Made by a program: the position numbers and the translations under genes
Notes under the pieces: generated by a model
What the model saw: only the letters and a program-made list of their open reading frames with translations
Database searches by the model: none
What the model was told of the DNA's origin: nothing
Shown here: one piece after another, positions 24,005 to 35,579 of the stretch
How the letters are laid out: each line of letters opens with the position of its first letter
Numbering within the stretch: position 1 is the first letter of the stretch
Assembly: GCA_036172245.1 (NCBI GenBank)
Contig: JAYWIR010000108.1
Coordinates: forward strand, 124,001 to 170,727
Direction: 5' to 3'
Source of the DNA: Raillietiella orientalis
Lineage: Eukaryota
DNA length: 46,727 nucleotides

Positions 24005-26600
24005 GGCATCGCCGGAACCTGGAGGAAGTTGATGGAGGGGAAACTGGTCACAGAACTCTCGGACTGAGCGTTTTATTTTGTACCAGTCAGCGAGAGTCTG
24101 CAGTTCGCAACTACGCAGAAATGCGCGCAGATGTTCGCGCGCTCCTGCGAGTCGCAACCAGTCCCCCGGCTGGCGCCACGCTCCGGAGGGTGGACCTCTG
24201 TCGCGCGGATGAATGTTGATCACTAGCCGAGGGTGATCGGACAGCTCCGACGCAATTGCTCCTCGAGTCCCCACCAGCGAACACAAGTGGTTATCGAGGA
24301 ACACGTGGTCGATTCTGCTTCTCGCCCCGGCTTTATCGGCCAACAAGTTGCGTGTGTGCATAGCCGCACACAACTCGTTCACCAATTGTGCTCGTATGTC
24401 GTGCGCTTCCGACAGCAGGCGGACGTTGAAGTCTCCCGCTGTCAGATGCGCCCGCCGCACGCCTGCTTCGGACAGCCAGTCTCGCCGCAGGGCTTCGAAG
24501 AACGCAGTGCGTTTTGCGCGCCTGTGGCTGGTGCAGGGCGCGTACAGGTTCGTGACTACGAGGTCGATCGATTCGGACCACTTAAGGACAAGTTGTCCGA
24601 CTCGACCTTGCTCGTCGAACTGTGCACTGCGCACCGCATTGGCGACAGCCGGCTTCAGCAGGAAAGCCACTCCGCGGGAGTGGTCTCCTCCACCACGCCA
24701 AAGTAGCCTCCCCCCTGTGAGCCTCTCGGTTTCCTGGACGTCCTCTGCTCTGAGGGCATGCACCTCTTGAAGAAGTGCCAGATCGAAAGGTCGCAGGGTG
24801 TCGGCCACGCTACGCCTCTTGCTTTCGCTACGCAGCCCGTTGACATTCCAACAGGCTATACGCAGCTGCCGGCAAGAGGCGATTCCACGCATCATACTAG
24901 TGATGGTGGTGGCGTGTGTATTGCCGCTCCTGTTCGGGAGGCGGCTGGTCGTTGTCCATCTGCGGTAGTGGCGTTTCGGCAACGACCGGAACGTCCGCAG
25001 CCGGACTGAGGTCGATAGGAAGTACCGAAGGGATGCTGCCGATGGAGGGATCCCGCGACCTCGCGGACATCGCCTCCTCGCTATCCGAGCGCATCTCCTC
25101 CTCCGCAGCCTGAGGGGGAGAGACGCGCATAGGGTTGCGCGACTTCCGGCCCGCCTTCCTCTTCGGAAGGGCGACGGTGGGAGGGTTTCCGGCTTCCGCC
25201 TCGGACCCGGAAGTTTCCGGGCCCTTAACTTCCGCCGGACGTCTGACGGCCTTCTTTGCAGGCTTAGGCGGCTGCATTAAGGTGGCCGCTAGTTCCACCG
25301 CCGCCTTCGCGAAGTTTTTCTCGTCGCTGCTGCTCGCGTGTTTGTCGCAGGATCCCTACGGCGGTTCCGCGGCGTTCGCGACGGTTGCGGGAGTCGCGTT
25401 CGCCGATCGACGCTCGATCGACGGAACGCGCTCGATTGTAACGCGGCATTCCTTTATGGACTCGCGCGGCGAAATTTTTGGTTTGCCGACCGCGGGTTTT
25501 TTCGGAACGCTTGCGTTCTTATTTTTGTTATTTTTTGTAGGTATTTTTGTTTTTTTTTTTGTGTTTCTTTTGTTTTTTTGTTTGAAACGACTTTCCAGTT
25601 TTCCTCGTCGGCAGTTGGCTCAGAAGTCTCCTTTTGAGGCTCCTGCTCCTTGTGCACGACTTCTTCTGAGGTCGGCTGTTGGTCGCTTGTTTTTTCGTTT
25701 TCTGCCTTCTTCCTCTCATTTGTCGAAGGGGCTGAAGGCGTTGTCGCGGCGTTTTTCGGGCAAACAGCACTAGTGTGGCCCTTCGCGCCGCAGGTTGGGC
25801 GTGTGGCATCCGGGCATCTCTTTTTAAGGTGCCCGAATGCGTTGCACAGCTCACAGTATTTTTCCTTCCCCACGTACCAGAGGTCGACGAGCTCGTCGTT
25901 GACTTCAAGCTTGTGGGGAAGTTCTTTGTTTTCGCGGAGAGTTACGCGCGCGGCCACTCGCCCACTGAATGCGCCTCGATAAGTAAAGGCGTTGGGCTTC
26001 GACCACATCGCGTATATCACCGCGAATTTGTTGATTTCAGTGCGGATGGCTTCATCGGTGATCCGCACCGTTGTACCCGTAAGGTGGATCACCATAGAGT
26101 GATCCACCGTTTGTGGGAGGAGATTCCGCCCTTCGAACGGAACGGGCGTGCAGAGGAGTTTGTGTGTGAGCGCTGCATCTTTGCAGATCAGCTCCGCGAA
26201 CTGCTCGCCGCTCCGAATCGAGAGGCAAAGAATCTCCTCGTCAGAGATTCCCATCCTACGGATGGCGTTTCCAAATTTCCGCGTTGTAAGCGGTGAATAA
26301 AGATTTCCTACCTTGTAAAGGAGGGCTGGGTTGTAGCCCTCCTTTATGTAGGCCTGCACTTCGGCGGCCACGTCCGTCGGAGCCGCCGCGGTCACCTTGT
26401 TCCACGCCCTCGCCGGGGTGGCGGGGGCTGATTTTCTGGTGGGGCATGACCCCACCTCCATAGGTTGGGGAGACGTGGGCCTCACGTCTCCCGTCGCAGG
26501 TACTGCGACGTGTTCAGGCATTTCTGCCTTCCAACGGCCGCACTTCCAATCCACACAACACCCAGTTTTGGCTTCGCTCACGGGAGCTGACCAAAAACGC
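24005..26600 (-). mobile_element. LINE 5' part: ORF1 + AP endonuclease, 3'-truncated
   Basis: ORF1 25454-26602 has CELCNAFGHLKKRC and a second, decayed knuckle. Endonuclease in ORF 23978-24982 has ACWNVNGL, LLQE, NLYAP, GDFNV, SRIDHVFL and SDHP. Confidence 0.93.
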
Positions 26601-26639
26601 ATGCGGCACCGGCGCAGGTTTGCCGCATTAGTTTATGGA

Positions 26640-27560
26640 AGGTAGGGCAATAATCACCGGGTTAGCCGCTGCTGAGCGTGTGTCAACCGGCGGTATATTG
26701 CGGCGAGATTCCTTTTTGTCTCCTCTGTCAAATGAGGCCATCTAGCGGATGCAACCATGTAGAAGGATGCTTTGCTGATTACCTCTTTGTGCTGTCCGTT
26801 GATTACCAACGCTTGGCGGACGGAAACTATCGCGCGTATGCAACCGATGGCTGCAATCCTTGCGCTTAGGGACAGCCCGCTCAGCGTATAGAATCGTCGC
26901 AGCAAGTCTCATGCGGTGTCCACGGGATGCATTAGTGCTGTTGCCAGCCTACGCCACAGTCCTCGTAGGACACCGCAGTCCGGAAGTAGGTGCGGAATCG
27001 ACTCCGTCGATCCGCACCGAACGCAGTTCGCAGACGCAAGTCCCCCGGAGTCACGATGCCAACGCTCGTTGCACTGAAAACCCCAGTGAACGAAAAGCAG
27101 CACGGCTTGTTTCCAAGCAAGGGGGAGCAGCGAACTGTCCATACACTGTGGAGGGACTACAAGTTCTTCGGGGGTGACAGCAAGTTCTTCTTCCCACCGG
27201 AGGAGTCCCTTTGCTGTAACACTAAAAGTGGCGGCGTGCGCCAACTCACTTGTCTTCCAGGCGCCAAGGATTTTGGTTTTTCCCGCTATAGTGCAGGCAA
27301 CCTTCCACCTCGCCGGTTGGTAACTTTCGTTTCTTGCCCTGAGGGCAGACAGCGCTGCGGCAAGAGGCGTGGCAGCCAGGGTAGAAAACTTCACCTCGTC
27401 CTGCAGTACTTCTTCCAAGGATCGTGGAAAAAATTGGCGCAGGGAGCGAAGATCTTCAAAGTGTATTCCTTGGAACGCCGCCCAGGATTCAACAGATTCA
27501 ACTTTGAGTTTCCGCGCAGTCCAAGGTTTCCAAGGGGCTTGGGGAACCTTTGTGCTGCCA
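26640..27560 (-). mobile_element. LINE ORF2 C-terminal fragment
   Basis: LPLAWKQAVLLFVHWG and CVRCGSTESIPHLLPDC in ORF 26909-27571, continued in 26654-26905. Confidence 0.88.
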
Positions 27561-28095
27561 TCGGACTCCAACTCGGAGTCGAAATTTCGTGTGCACGATA
27601 AATGTTTTTTCTACCTGCTCTTTTGCTGGCAACTTGGACGTGCTCCAAAATTCAGCGAGGGTGCCACCGTCGACGATCCCCCTCTTAAGGTCTCGGCGTT
27701 GTCAACTTCCCTTTCGGGGCAGGCGGCACCGACCGCGCACTCAACCGCAGCGGAAACTTTTTCCTGCGAATTCCTTGACGTACGGGGATGCCTCCTCACC
27801 CCTCCTACTTTTCGGATGGGTAAATGGGAAGGATCTTTTGTCTTTCTCTGTTTCTTCTCCGCTTCCCCCTACAAGAATCCAGACGGCCTCTTCGTCTTTC
27901 AGGTTGCCTCGGCTCGATACGAGGGCCTTTCGAATTATTCCCGTTGGGCTATGAAAGCCAGTTGCTTTCTCGCCACCTTTGCCTTTTGCACGTTCTTATC
28001 GCAAGGTACGGACAAATTCGCAGGATTCTTGAGAGTCGAGCGAGGCTTAGGAGTCTTTCCCGACTAACGACTCGCTAAGGACGGACTGTCTTCAC
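27561..28095 (-). mobile_element. LINE ORF1 Lys-rich tail fragment
   Basis: Minus strand reads KDPSHLPIRKVGG, resembling VDPSIFPILKVGG in ORF 2487-3464. Confidence 0.6.
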
Positions 28096-28949
28096 ATTTT
28101 GCACTTAAAGGAAGTTATATGTGAGGTAGGCAAAAGAAGAATATGTGTAAATTGCGTATGTTAAGACTGGGAACGGAGAATTCTATGATAGAACTGTTGA
28201 ATGTAAAAAATAGTTTGTGCACATAAGTTCATGCAAGCGGGATTCGGAATTCATTTGAAGATTGAATGGGTGTATCTTTTAATATTGCTAATAAAGATGG
28301 TCTGAATATCAGTGCAGATTAAGTGCAGAAAAAAGAGTTGAAGGATCAAATGCAAAGAAGCTTGAAATTATTATGATCATGTTAATTGTAAATAATCGGT
28401 GGTTGTGGTGGCGGATAATGATAATTAATGTCATAGTAAACAAAACCCTATAAGAGAAATAGATAATGGCGATAGAATAATTGTTAGTAAACAGTTAGCT
28501 ATTATGAAAATCAACGACTAATTAATCATTTAAGTAGATCTTTAAATAGATATTTTAATTTGAGTTTTAATGTTTGACATTATAATAACATCCTCAAACA
28601 AACCAGTCAACTATTTATCAAAAAATGCACACAACCAGTTGTTTCGATTATAAAGGAATAATAAGAAAATATGACAACTGTAAGATAAAATTCGAAAACA
28701 TAAAAAAATGAAACATGTTTTCAAATGCACAAAAGACAGAAAATGTAGCATCGATATCTTTGGAAGATATCAGTTCTGTGCGGGATGCGGAATCGAGAAC
28801 GTAAACGAGGATAGAAAAAGTCCATTTAATTCTGCTTTTATCGCTAGATCGGCACATATGGACCTATAAAGAAAGGGTACCTGTGCAACAAGCTTCTTAT
28901 TTAGAATAATTCAAAATTCCAAAAAATATAAACAGCAAAATGCAAAGAC

Positions 28950-28955
28950 TTTATT
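28950..28955 (-). terminator. Polyadenylation signal of gene A
   Basis: AATAAA on the minus strand about 30 nt after the TAG stop at 28984. Confidence 0.6.
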
Positions 28956-28983
28956 CTACTCGAATTAAATAATAATAACACTT

Positions 28984-30978
28984 CTAGTCAGTTAAGCCCT
29001 TCAACTTTACAGTGAATGTCGTTCCAGCTGTCCATGTGCATATCAGTTTGCTAGGTACAGGCTTCACATTCCGGCCTCGACGGAGCCTAAAAAAATTCCC
29101 AGGCATTTGTTCGGAATCGAAAGTTATCCATTAAAATACGGGAAAGCATTCATAGGATAGAAAACCTTGCTTCCGCAAATTACATTCCTGCCAGAGGATG
29201 TGAGAAAGAAGGAGCAAGGAGAAGTTTGAAATAAATAATTGCAAACTCACTCTCTCCGAAAAATTTCTGAAACCTGTGCTAATTCACACAAAAGTTTTAC
29301 ATAACAGAGATGCACACAAATCAAAGAGATATTCCCGTTAACGCATTTTGTATAATGAACACAAGAAAGTAGGAACGACTTCTAGACAATGCTTTCCAAG
29401 AAGCCATGCACAACATTAGGGGTCTTAAGGATCTATGTATTCTATTGCAATGAGGCCAGAAGCAAAAGCTACCAAACTGAAAAGAAGAATGCACAAAAAT
29501 ACATACGTTTCAACTCTCCCAGAAAAAGTTAAAGAACAAGAACGGTCTGGTCCCTCAAGGAAGAAATTAATCTGCTCAGAAGCACGAGGTCCCTGCACCT
29601 GAAATCAAAAAATATTTGCGGCTCTGATAAAATTTACTCACCTCAATGTCCAAACTGCAACGACTTCTTGGTGCAGGATGTTTACGATTACTCAGCCACA
29701 CTTCACAATTAGTTCCAGTGTTGTCAAAATAAAGAAGGCACGGTCCTGTCTGACTTGTAAAATACAGCTGATCTTCTATAATTCTATCCTCATTCAAAGT
29801 GACGTTATTACACAGAGAGAGACATTGGCTATCCCTACTACAGAAGAGAAGAACAATCGAAACCTAAAAAAAACAAACTCTCAGTGAACTGGAAACAACC
29901 GGAAATGAAAACGAAAAGCAGATTGCGCAGAATTGAGCAAGCAGTTTAAAAAACGTGAAACGAGGGCATTCTAGATGATCGCAATGCTTGATATCACGAC
30001 GAGTAGTGGACGCAACTTAGTGAAGAGCACTTCCACAAGCCACACGACTCCACAAAGAATCAGGTGACTTTTCCGTTGAGCGCCCTCCATACAAGTGGTA
30101 ACGTCCAAAGGGCATTACGTTGAAAATCACATCTGACATGAGAAAGCCAAAAACATAAAGAGGATGACGACGGAATTAGAAAGCAACCACGAAGAAAAAA
30201 TACACGGAAGCCTGCATTTGAAAACGAAACAACAGACAAAAGCAATGTGACAAAGAATGCGCGAAAACTTGGAAAGGGAGGACAAAACTATTACTTTACA
30301 AGTAGGCAGACTCAGAATCCGCACGCAAGTGCTCTTCGATGGATGGACGCATGCCAAGCGCGCACGTGACTCTCTGAAGGTCGCAGCAAACGTTCACCGG
30401 ATCCGCGACTCCGCATCCAAATTTATTCCGGTCATCTCCAGAACCCATCGGTAACCAGCAGGGTTGGCTGCCGTAAAAGCGCACATGGTGAGAAAAGAAA
30501 CACTGCACACCAAGGAAGATTCCCGGAAGAGTAAGTCAACCATGTCTGAAATTCGGAGAAGACGTAACAGCAGCACATACGCCATGTAAAGTTCCAGACT
30601 CTCAAAGCAGCAATCACTTCTTCAGAGCGTACCACGGAGCCCAAGTCTATCGAGAAACTCGGCACAAATTGAAAAAATTCTGTTCTGCGGCGCGATCAAC
30701 GGAAGTGGAGACGAAGTTTCGTTTCGACGGTAGCAACGCGCGAGCCCCAGGAGAAAACAGACCACATTCTTCCGCAGTCGGCATGCGAACTAACAGAGGG
30801 CCAAAGAAGCGTAGCGTTTCTCTTAGTTGCGCGATGAAAGTCGACTACGCGACGCCGGATAAAAGAAGTTGCACGCAAGAAGAGGAAAAGCGGTCCGACC
30901 AGAGATGCAATAGCTCTTTCTACTAATGCTGCTTACGATGGTTAACAAGATGCGCCACAGCATGCTGCTGCCTTCCAT
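28984..30978 (-). CDS. Spliced gene A: small Cys-containing putative secreted protein, 152 aa (paralog of gene B)
   Basis: Hand-built model. Exon 1 30978-30937 (MEGSSMLWRILLTI, donor GTAAGC); intron 1073 nt ending TTTTTTAG. Exon 2 29863-29642 (VSIVLLFCSRDSQC...GPCLLYFDN...CEVWLSN...RCSLDIE, donor GTGAGT); 43-nt intron ending TTTCAG. Exon 3 29598-29507 (VQGPRASEQINFFLEGPDRSCSLTFSGRVE, donor GTATGT, phase 2); 420-nt intron ending TTTTTAG. Exon 4 29086-28984 (LRRGRNVKPVPSKLICTWTAGTTFTVKLKGLTD*). TATA upstream, AATAAA downstream. The structure mirrors gene B. Exon 1 assignment is an inference, and an extra small exon in intron 3 cannot be excluded. Confidence 0.8.
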
Positions 30979-31043
30979 AACTTCGCACAGGACGAGTGGT
31001 TTCTTGAGCGCTGCATTCAGCAGAGGCGCGGATTTTCTGCAGC

Positions 31044-31050
31044 ATTTATA
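31044..31050 (-). promoter_or_regulatory. TATA box of gene A (TATAAAT)
   Basis: ATTTATA on the + strand, about 70 nt upstream of the exon 1 ATG at 30978. A CCAAT pentamer lies about 25 nt further upstream. Identical to the gene B copy. Confidence 0.6.
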
Positions 31051-31399
31051 CCGAATTACGCACATTTCCAACCAATAGCAGCCATGGTCAACACTTGGAA
31101 CGACAGGAGTCAAATGTGTCGAAGACACATGGTTCTGGATTGCCTCGCATCGTGGTATCGGTGATGCATTCCTAAAGGATTGCCAGCTGCAGGAACCTTA
31201 GCTGCAAATCAGACGAGCGAAGTCTCCACGAATCTGCGCTACAAAGATTCGTTTACGATTATCGGCAAAACGCCGTGAGAAGGCACGGATCACTGCAGCC
31301 TCCCGCTCCGCCCGGCAAAACGGCAAAGAAACTCATGCAACCAAGGGAGATTTATTTCAACATATGCTGTTTCCACAGTAGCTACCTACAAGAAATACC

Positions 31400-34100
31400 T
31401 ACATATCAAGTGACGCAAAACGAATGATCTGCGTGTCGTAGAAAAAGGACCTCGCAGCTTGATATCGAAAACTACATGTCCACAGGAACAAAGGAAGTTG
31501 AAAGGCCACAAAAAGCAATGCGAGGTCGCAGGCGTTTTTTTGCTACTTGAGGCTGCGTTGATCCAATGTTGCTCGTCAGCTAAGAGGTGCACGAGTGAGG
31601 TATTACTCGAACAGATACATACTATCAGACTGTCGCAACGCTTCCAAAACGAACGTCCCAAACGAGTCCAGTTTGCTATTCGGAATACTCGCCTCCAGCC
31701 AGATTTGATGCAAGAACGCAAAATCTATATCGACAAAAAGGTGCGTCCTTTCCAGTTGCGTCGTCCGTTATCCAACACAGATGTGCGGCATTTCGTCAGC
31801 AGGTAGGGAAAACATGCAGAGAGTGGGAGTTCTCGGAGCTTCCAGGAAGGCCGTCAACTTTTCAGCGTGTTTTGCTGGAATTACGGGATTACGCTTTTTG
31901 TGGTGCGATCGCTGTTGAACTGCAGAAGCTGTGAAGTGAAGGCTTCACTGAATGAGACGGCGTTTTCCATAAAGTCAGTGACATGATAGATTTAACCGCA
32001 AGCACGAGTTGCATCGCGTGATAGTTGAGAAACAACATACGCCAAACTTCCTTCATGGACCAGTTCTCAGTCCATTAGCTGTCAACTGCACTCCCCATGC
32101 TGCGGCTTTCCAGCGCAAGCAGCATGCCGTTGGCCAAGAAGCAGAAAATCTCTTACAAATTGCCAATTCTAGCTTGCATTCTAGCTTATTCTAGCTTATT
32201 CTTAGCTCTAAAAACGAACGACAGTTTCGGATGTTTTCATAGAGATTCTAGGAAAGAACGCCGCTGGCTTCCTCCATGGATCAGGGCACATTCGCTTTTG
32301 AAGGAACAAATCGGAACTGGAGAAACACGAAGAAATCTGCGAGAGTAAAGAGAAAGCGATCGAGATCGATACAGAAAGGAGAGATCTGGCAGAAGAAAAC
32401 GATAGCATTGAGAAGTTCGTCGTTCGTGGACGCACAAAGGAGAGGAAAAAGTTTCCTATCACGGTAATGATGGCGAATCCCGACAGCTGAATGGGCATTT
32501 CTTGTGCAATAACTCGACGGTGCGAGATGACGATTCCGCGTTCACTAAAACTTGCACGGCAGCAAAGAGCTCAAAATCGCTTTCTTATCGAGCAGATTGG
32601 ATCCTTGTGCCAACTGCTCCTCAGGATCGACTCCTAGTTTTCTTAGAGCTAAACTCTTCTATGAGAATCACAGTCGCGGGCACATGGCAAAGATTCCTCG
32701 AAACAACAACTGGCGATCTCGGAAGGCTAGAAATTCCTACAAGAGTGTGTGCGGCGAAGAGTCGGAAAACAAGCAGTACGCATTTCTCCAGGATGTCACC
32801 AAAAGGAAACAAGGTTTGGCAGCCGCGTTGACAGGACGCTGGACTGAGCATCCTCATGCAAAACACGATGCAGAATCATCATCTGATTTGGGAGTTCTCC
32901 CCAGCGGCAAAGTTTCCAATGACCTATACTATTCCGATCCCGGCAAGGATAGGCTGGAATTTTTTTTCATCTACTGCGACCCAAAAATGCCCCGACTTGC
33001 ACATGAGCACCAATAGAAGGTCGATGCGGCCCTGTTCAGTGATTAAAGAAAAAAAAGGTGCTCCGTATACATTCTCATTCTGAGCTCATGCTCATTGCTC
33101 GTACCAGCAAAGCATCGAGGGAAGAAAGAAGACGTCGTTTCCTGGAAGTAATATAACTGCTTTCGCGAAAACGATCCCGAGGAACAGCATAAACAAAAAC
33201 TTGACGACAAGTAAAGGAAGATCTGCAGCAGTATCGTGAGGCGCACAATTCTGTTGGTTGTTTGTTTCCAGTGTCAGCTGCCTGACGCTTGGGATTTCAC
33301 CGCTGTTCCTGGAGGAGATATTTCCAAGACCGATTCAGATTGAAACCTCGTTGGCTGAACTGGTGATGCCCGTACGTACTTTGAATAGCTTCGGGTGCTT
33401 TCCGTTACGCGGCACGACTGGGCCACGTGATCCCGCATTGGACCATGCCATGCAACACACGGTAACATCAGTGATGCAGAAAGACCAGGATTCCAGATGG
33501 AGCCGAATTGGATGAAGGGCTGCTGCTGCTGCACACGCTCTGAGTGTTCCGTTGTGCCAGAAATTTTTGTGGCTCCGCCGACTTTCCCGCAGTCGTAGAG
33601 TTTCGTTCGTGCGGGAAAAGTGCTCGATGCGCAACTGCAGTGAGAGAGCCACGATCGTCAGCAGCTTCGCGTCTCCGACTTTTCACTCTCATGAGTGCGG
33701 AGCGTTATCAGATACACATATAATGTTACACCCAGGAAGACTGCACTCGGTGGCGGCGCCCAGAGACGCCTAGGATGGGGTAGTGTGGGTGTGAGGAATA
33801 CGTGGCCTTCCGTTGACGTTTGCGAGGAATCTCTGTGATTCCTTCGCTCCACTTAACTTTATCCTGAGTTCTGCAATGGAAGTGTTCAAATCGTTTGGGC
33901 GATCATGCTTTCTGCCCTTTCTTTTCCACCAGGAAAAGCTTTCTTCTTCCTTATCCAGACGAAAACTTTCTTAACGCATTCAAGCACCACCATTTTAAGG
34001 TTCTCTATTTCTTTTATTACCTCATCTGTCCCTACAATTTTGTTTCAGACTTTCGTTTCGGTAAGTGGTGTGGAAACACGCGCGCCGCAGGTGCGCTTCT
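31400..34100 (+). mobile_element. Ancient, heavily decayed non-LTR retrotransposon inside the left arm (different family from the flanking elements)
   Basis: Degenerate motifs occur in the correct order across frames. ORF1-like: IRLSQRFQNERPKRVQF..KIYID (~31620-31735). APE-like: ITVMMANPD (~32460), YRADW, YYSDPGKDRLEFFF (~32925-32970). RT-like: TSLAELVMPVRTLN, PNWMKG, RAGKVLDAQL, CDSFAPLNFILSSAMEVF (cf. QGDxLSPxLFxLxME) and LPYPDENFL (cf. YADD). Confidence 0.6.
32166..32207. repeat. Short tandem repeat (ATTCTAGCTT) x ~4; mirror copy at ~37470-37511
   Basis: ATTCTAGCTT-GC-ATTCTAGCTT-ATTCTAGCTT-ATTCTTAGCT read directly. Confidence 0.75.
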
Positions 34101-35579
34101 TGTTAGTCGGGAAGCGGATGGCGAGAATACGCACCTGCGTGCTGTAAGTCTGTGCGGGCAAAGAATGGGGACCGTGCGTGCCGAGAACTTTCCGTCCATG
34201 TTTTCGGAACGAGAGGAGATCATAGAGAGAGCCAAAGAAGGGGAACGTTTTTGACCACCACGGTAGCCGTGGTCGATTATTAGGTTCATCCAGCCGTTCC
34301 CTTTCCTTTCCAGGTTTGCGGCATGAAAATATCTTATACGGGGGCACTCCTCACGATCGAGGGTATACCTGGTCTGACGCATCCGCCTTGGTTCCCGAAT
34401 AGGAAGAGCACAAATTCCAAATTGAAGGGTACGCTGAGGACCGTCTACGGAACATCGGGATGAAGAAAGGGCTACAGGACACCGTTAGATACTAAATCGC
34501 AGATTCTTCCGGAGAGTTTCTAATCGTTGACATCCTGTGTGAGAACTTGAAACTGTGTGTATATAAAGTACGAAGAAAACTGAAATCAAATGCTTCTCAG
34601 AGCGCTGTTCCGTCGCCGCAATGCTTCCTGAAAACATGCTTAAAACACATCAGAAAAAACGCAATTTTTTTCCTCCCATCGAACGGCTATATAAAAAAAG
34701 TGAACTTTGCTTAAGAGCAAGTCGACCAAACCGTTGACGAGGAGTGAGTGAGAAATACTCCTTTGAAAGAGATGGATTACTGCATGCTAGGTAACGCTTT
34801 GAAGTCAGTATTTCTTTTTCGGATGAAAGCCCGGACTCGTTGACCAGGAAAGGCTAGTAAGATGCTGAAAAAATTCTAGTGAACCAATACAGATCTAAAA
34901 CTACTGACTTCCATTTGGAAAAACATGTGTTTTGTAAAACTTATAAACAGATGTGTTTTGAATTTTTGTAGATGCCACCTGCGCATCACGTAATTCTTAA
35001 GAAAGCATTCTTCAGAGAGTTCATAAAGCATTTCATGCAAAGAACTAGCAGCTCTTTTTTATGAAAGGGGAGTAACAAAAAGAATTTATGTCCATCGATT
35101 TGAGCGTGGAACTTCTGCGGCAAAGGGAGCACGTTAACAGAACCGCAAGCAATACAAATCTTAGTCAAATACGTACACGCAGATTATTTTAGCAGAAAAA
35201 TTCCTGTTCCTTGAAAGATGCTGCTTCTCCAAATGATGACCGTGAGAACAAAGAGGCGCGATCGCAACCAATAGCACCGATCTTCATTGCCCTTGTATAC
35301 TATGTTGCTATGTCCTTTGAAAACCCACAAGACTTGAAGGCATTATACGTGACTGGATTGCAATTAGAGCAACCACAAGTAGCACCCACGCTGCTACATC
35401 CGGTAAAGCTACTTTAGATTTCTCACGTCACTAAGTAGTCAGTAGATGAAGATCTGCATCGCTAACTCCGTTCGGATATTTCAACTCATCGTGACAAAGG
35501 AAACATGTTGCCCCCATTCCGTGCTGCTGTTGAATGCCAGTTCAGCAAACATGGATGACGTGTCACCAAGAACGCCAAC

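Larger units (their letters stand above)
29936..34093. repeat. Left arm of a ~4.15 kb inverted repeat
   Basis: Reverse complement of 35587-39741. Paired coordinates sum to 69677 in the outer part and 69680 inside a 3-nt AAC indel near 32703. Mirror-image ORFs appear in the ORF track, e.g. 32856-33083(+) = 36597-36824(-). Confidence 0.98.

Noticed and set aside
29139..29186. Possible extra 48-nt phase-2 exon in gene A intron 3 (NVICGSKVFYPMNAF)
   Set aside because: No clean counterpart with splice sites in gene B, and the direct exon 3-4 join aligns without it. Needs RNA-seq.
34560..34995. A single exon 1 in the spacer, spliced to either gene depending on orientation (e.g. ATGCCACCTGCGCATCAC|GTAATT)
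   Set aside because: A better exon 1 (TATA, hydrophobic MLWRILLTI, GTAAGC donor, phase 0) exists in both arms. The spacer candidates give poor signal peptides. Kept only as part of the inversion hypothesis.
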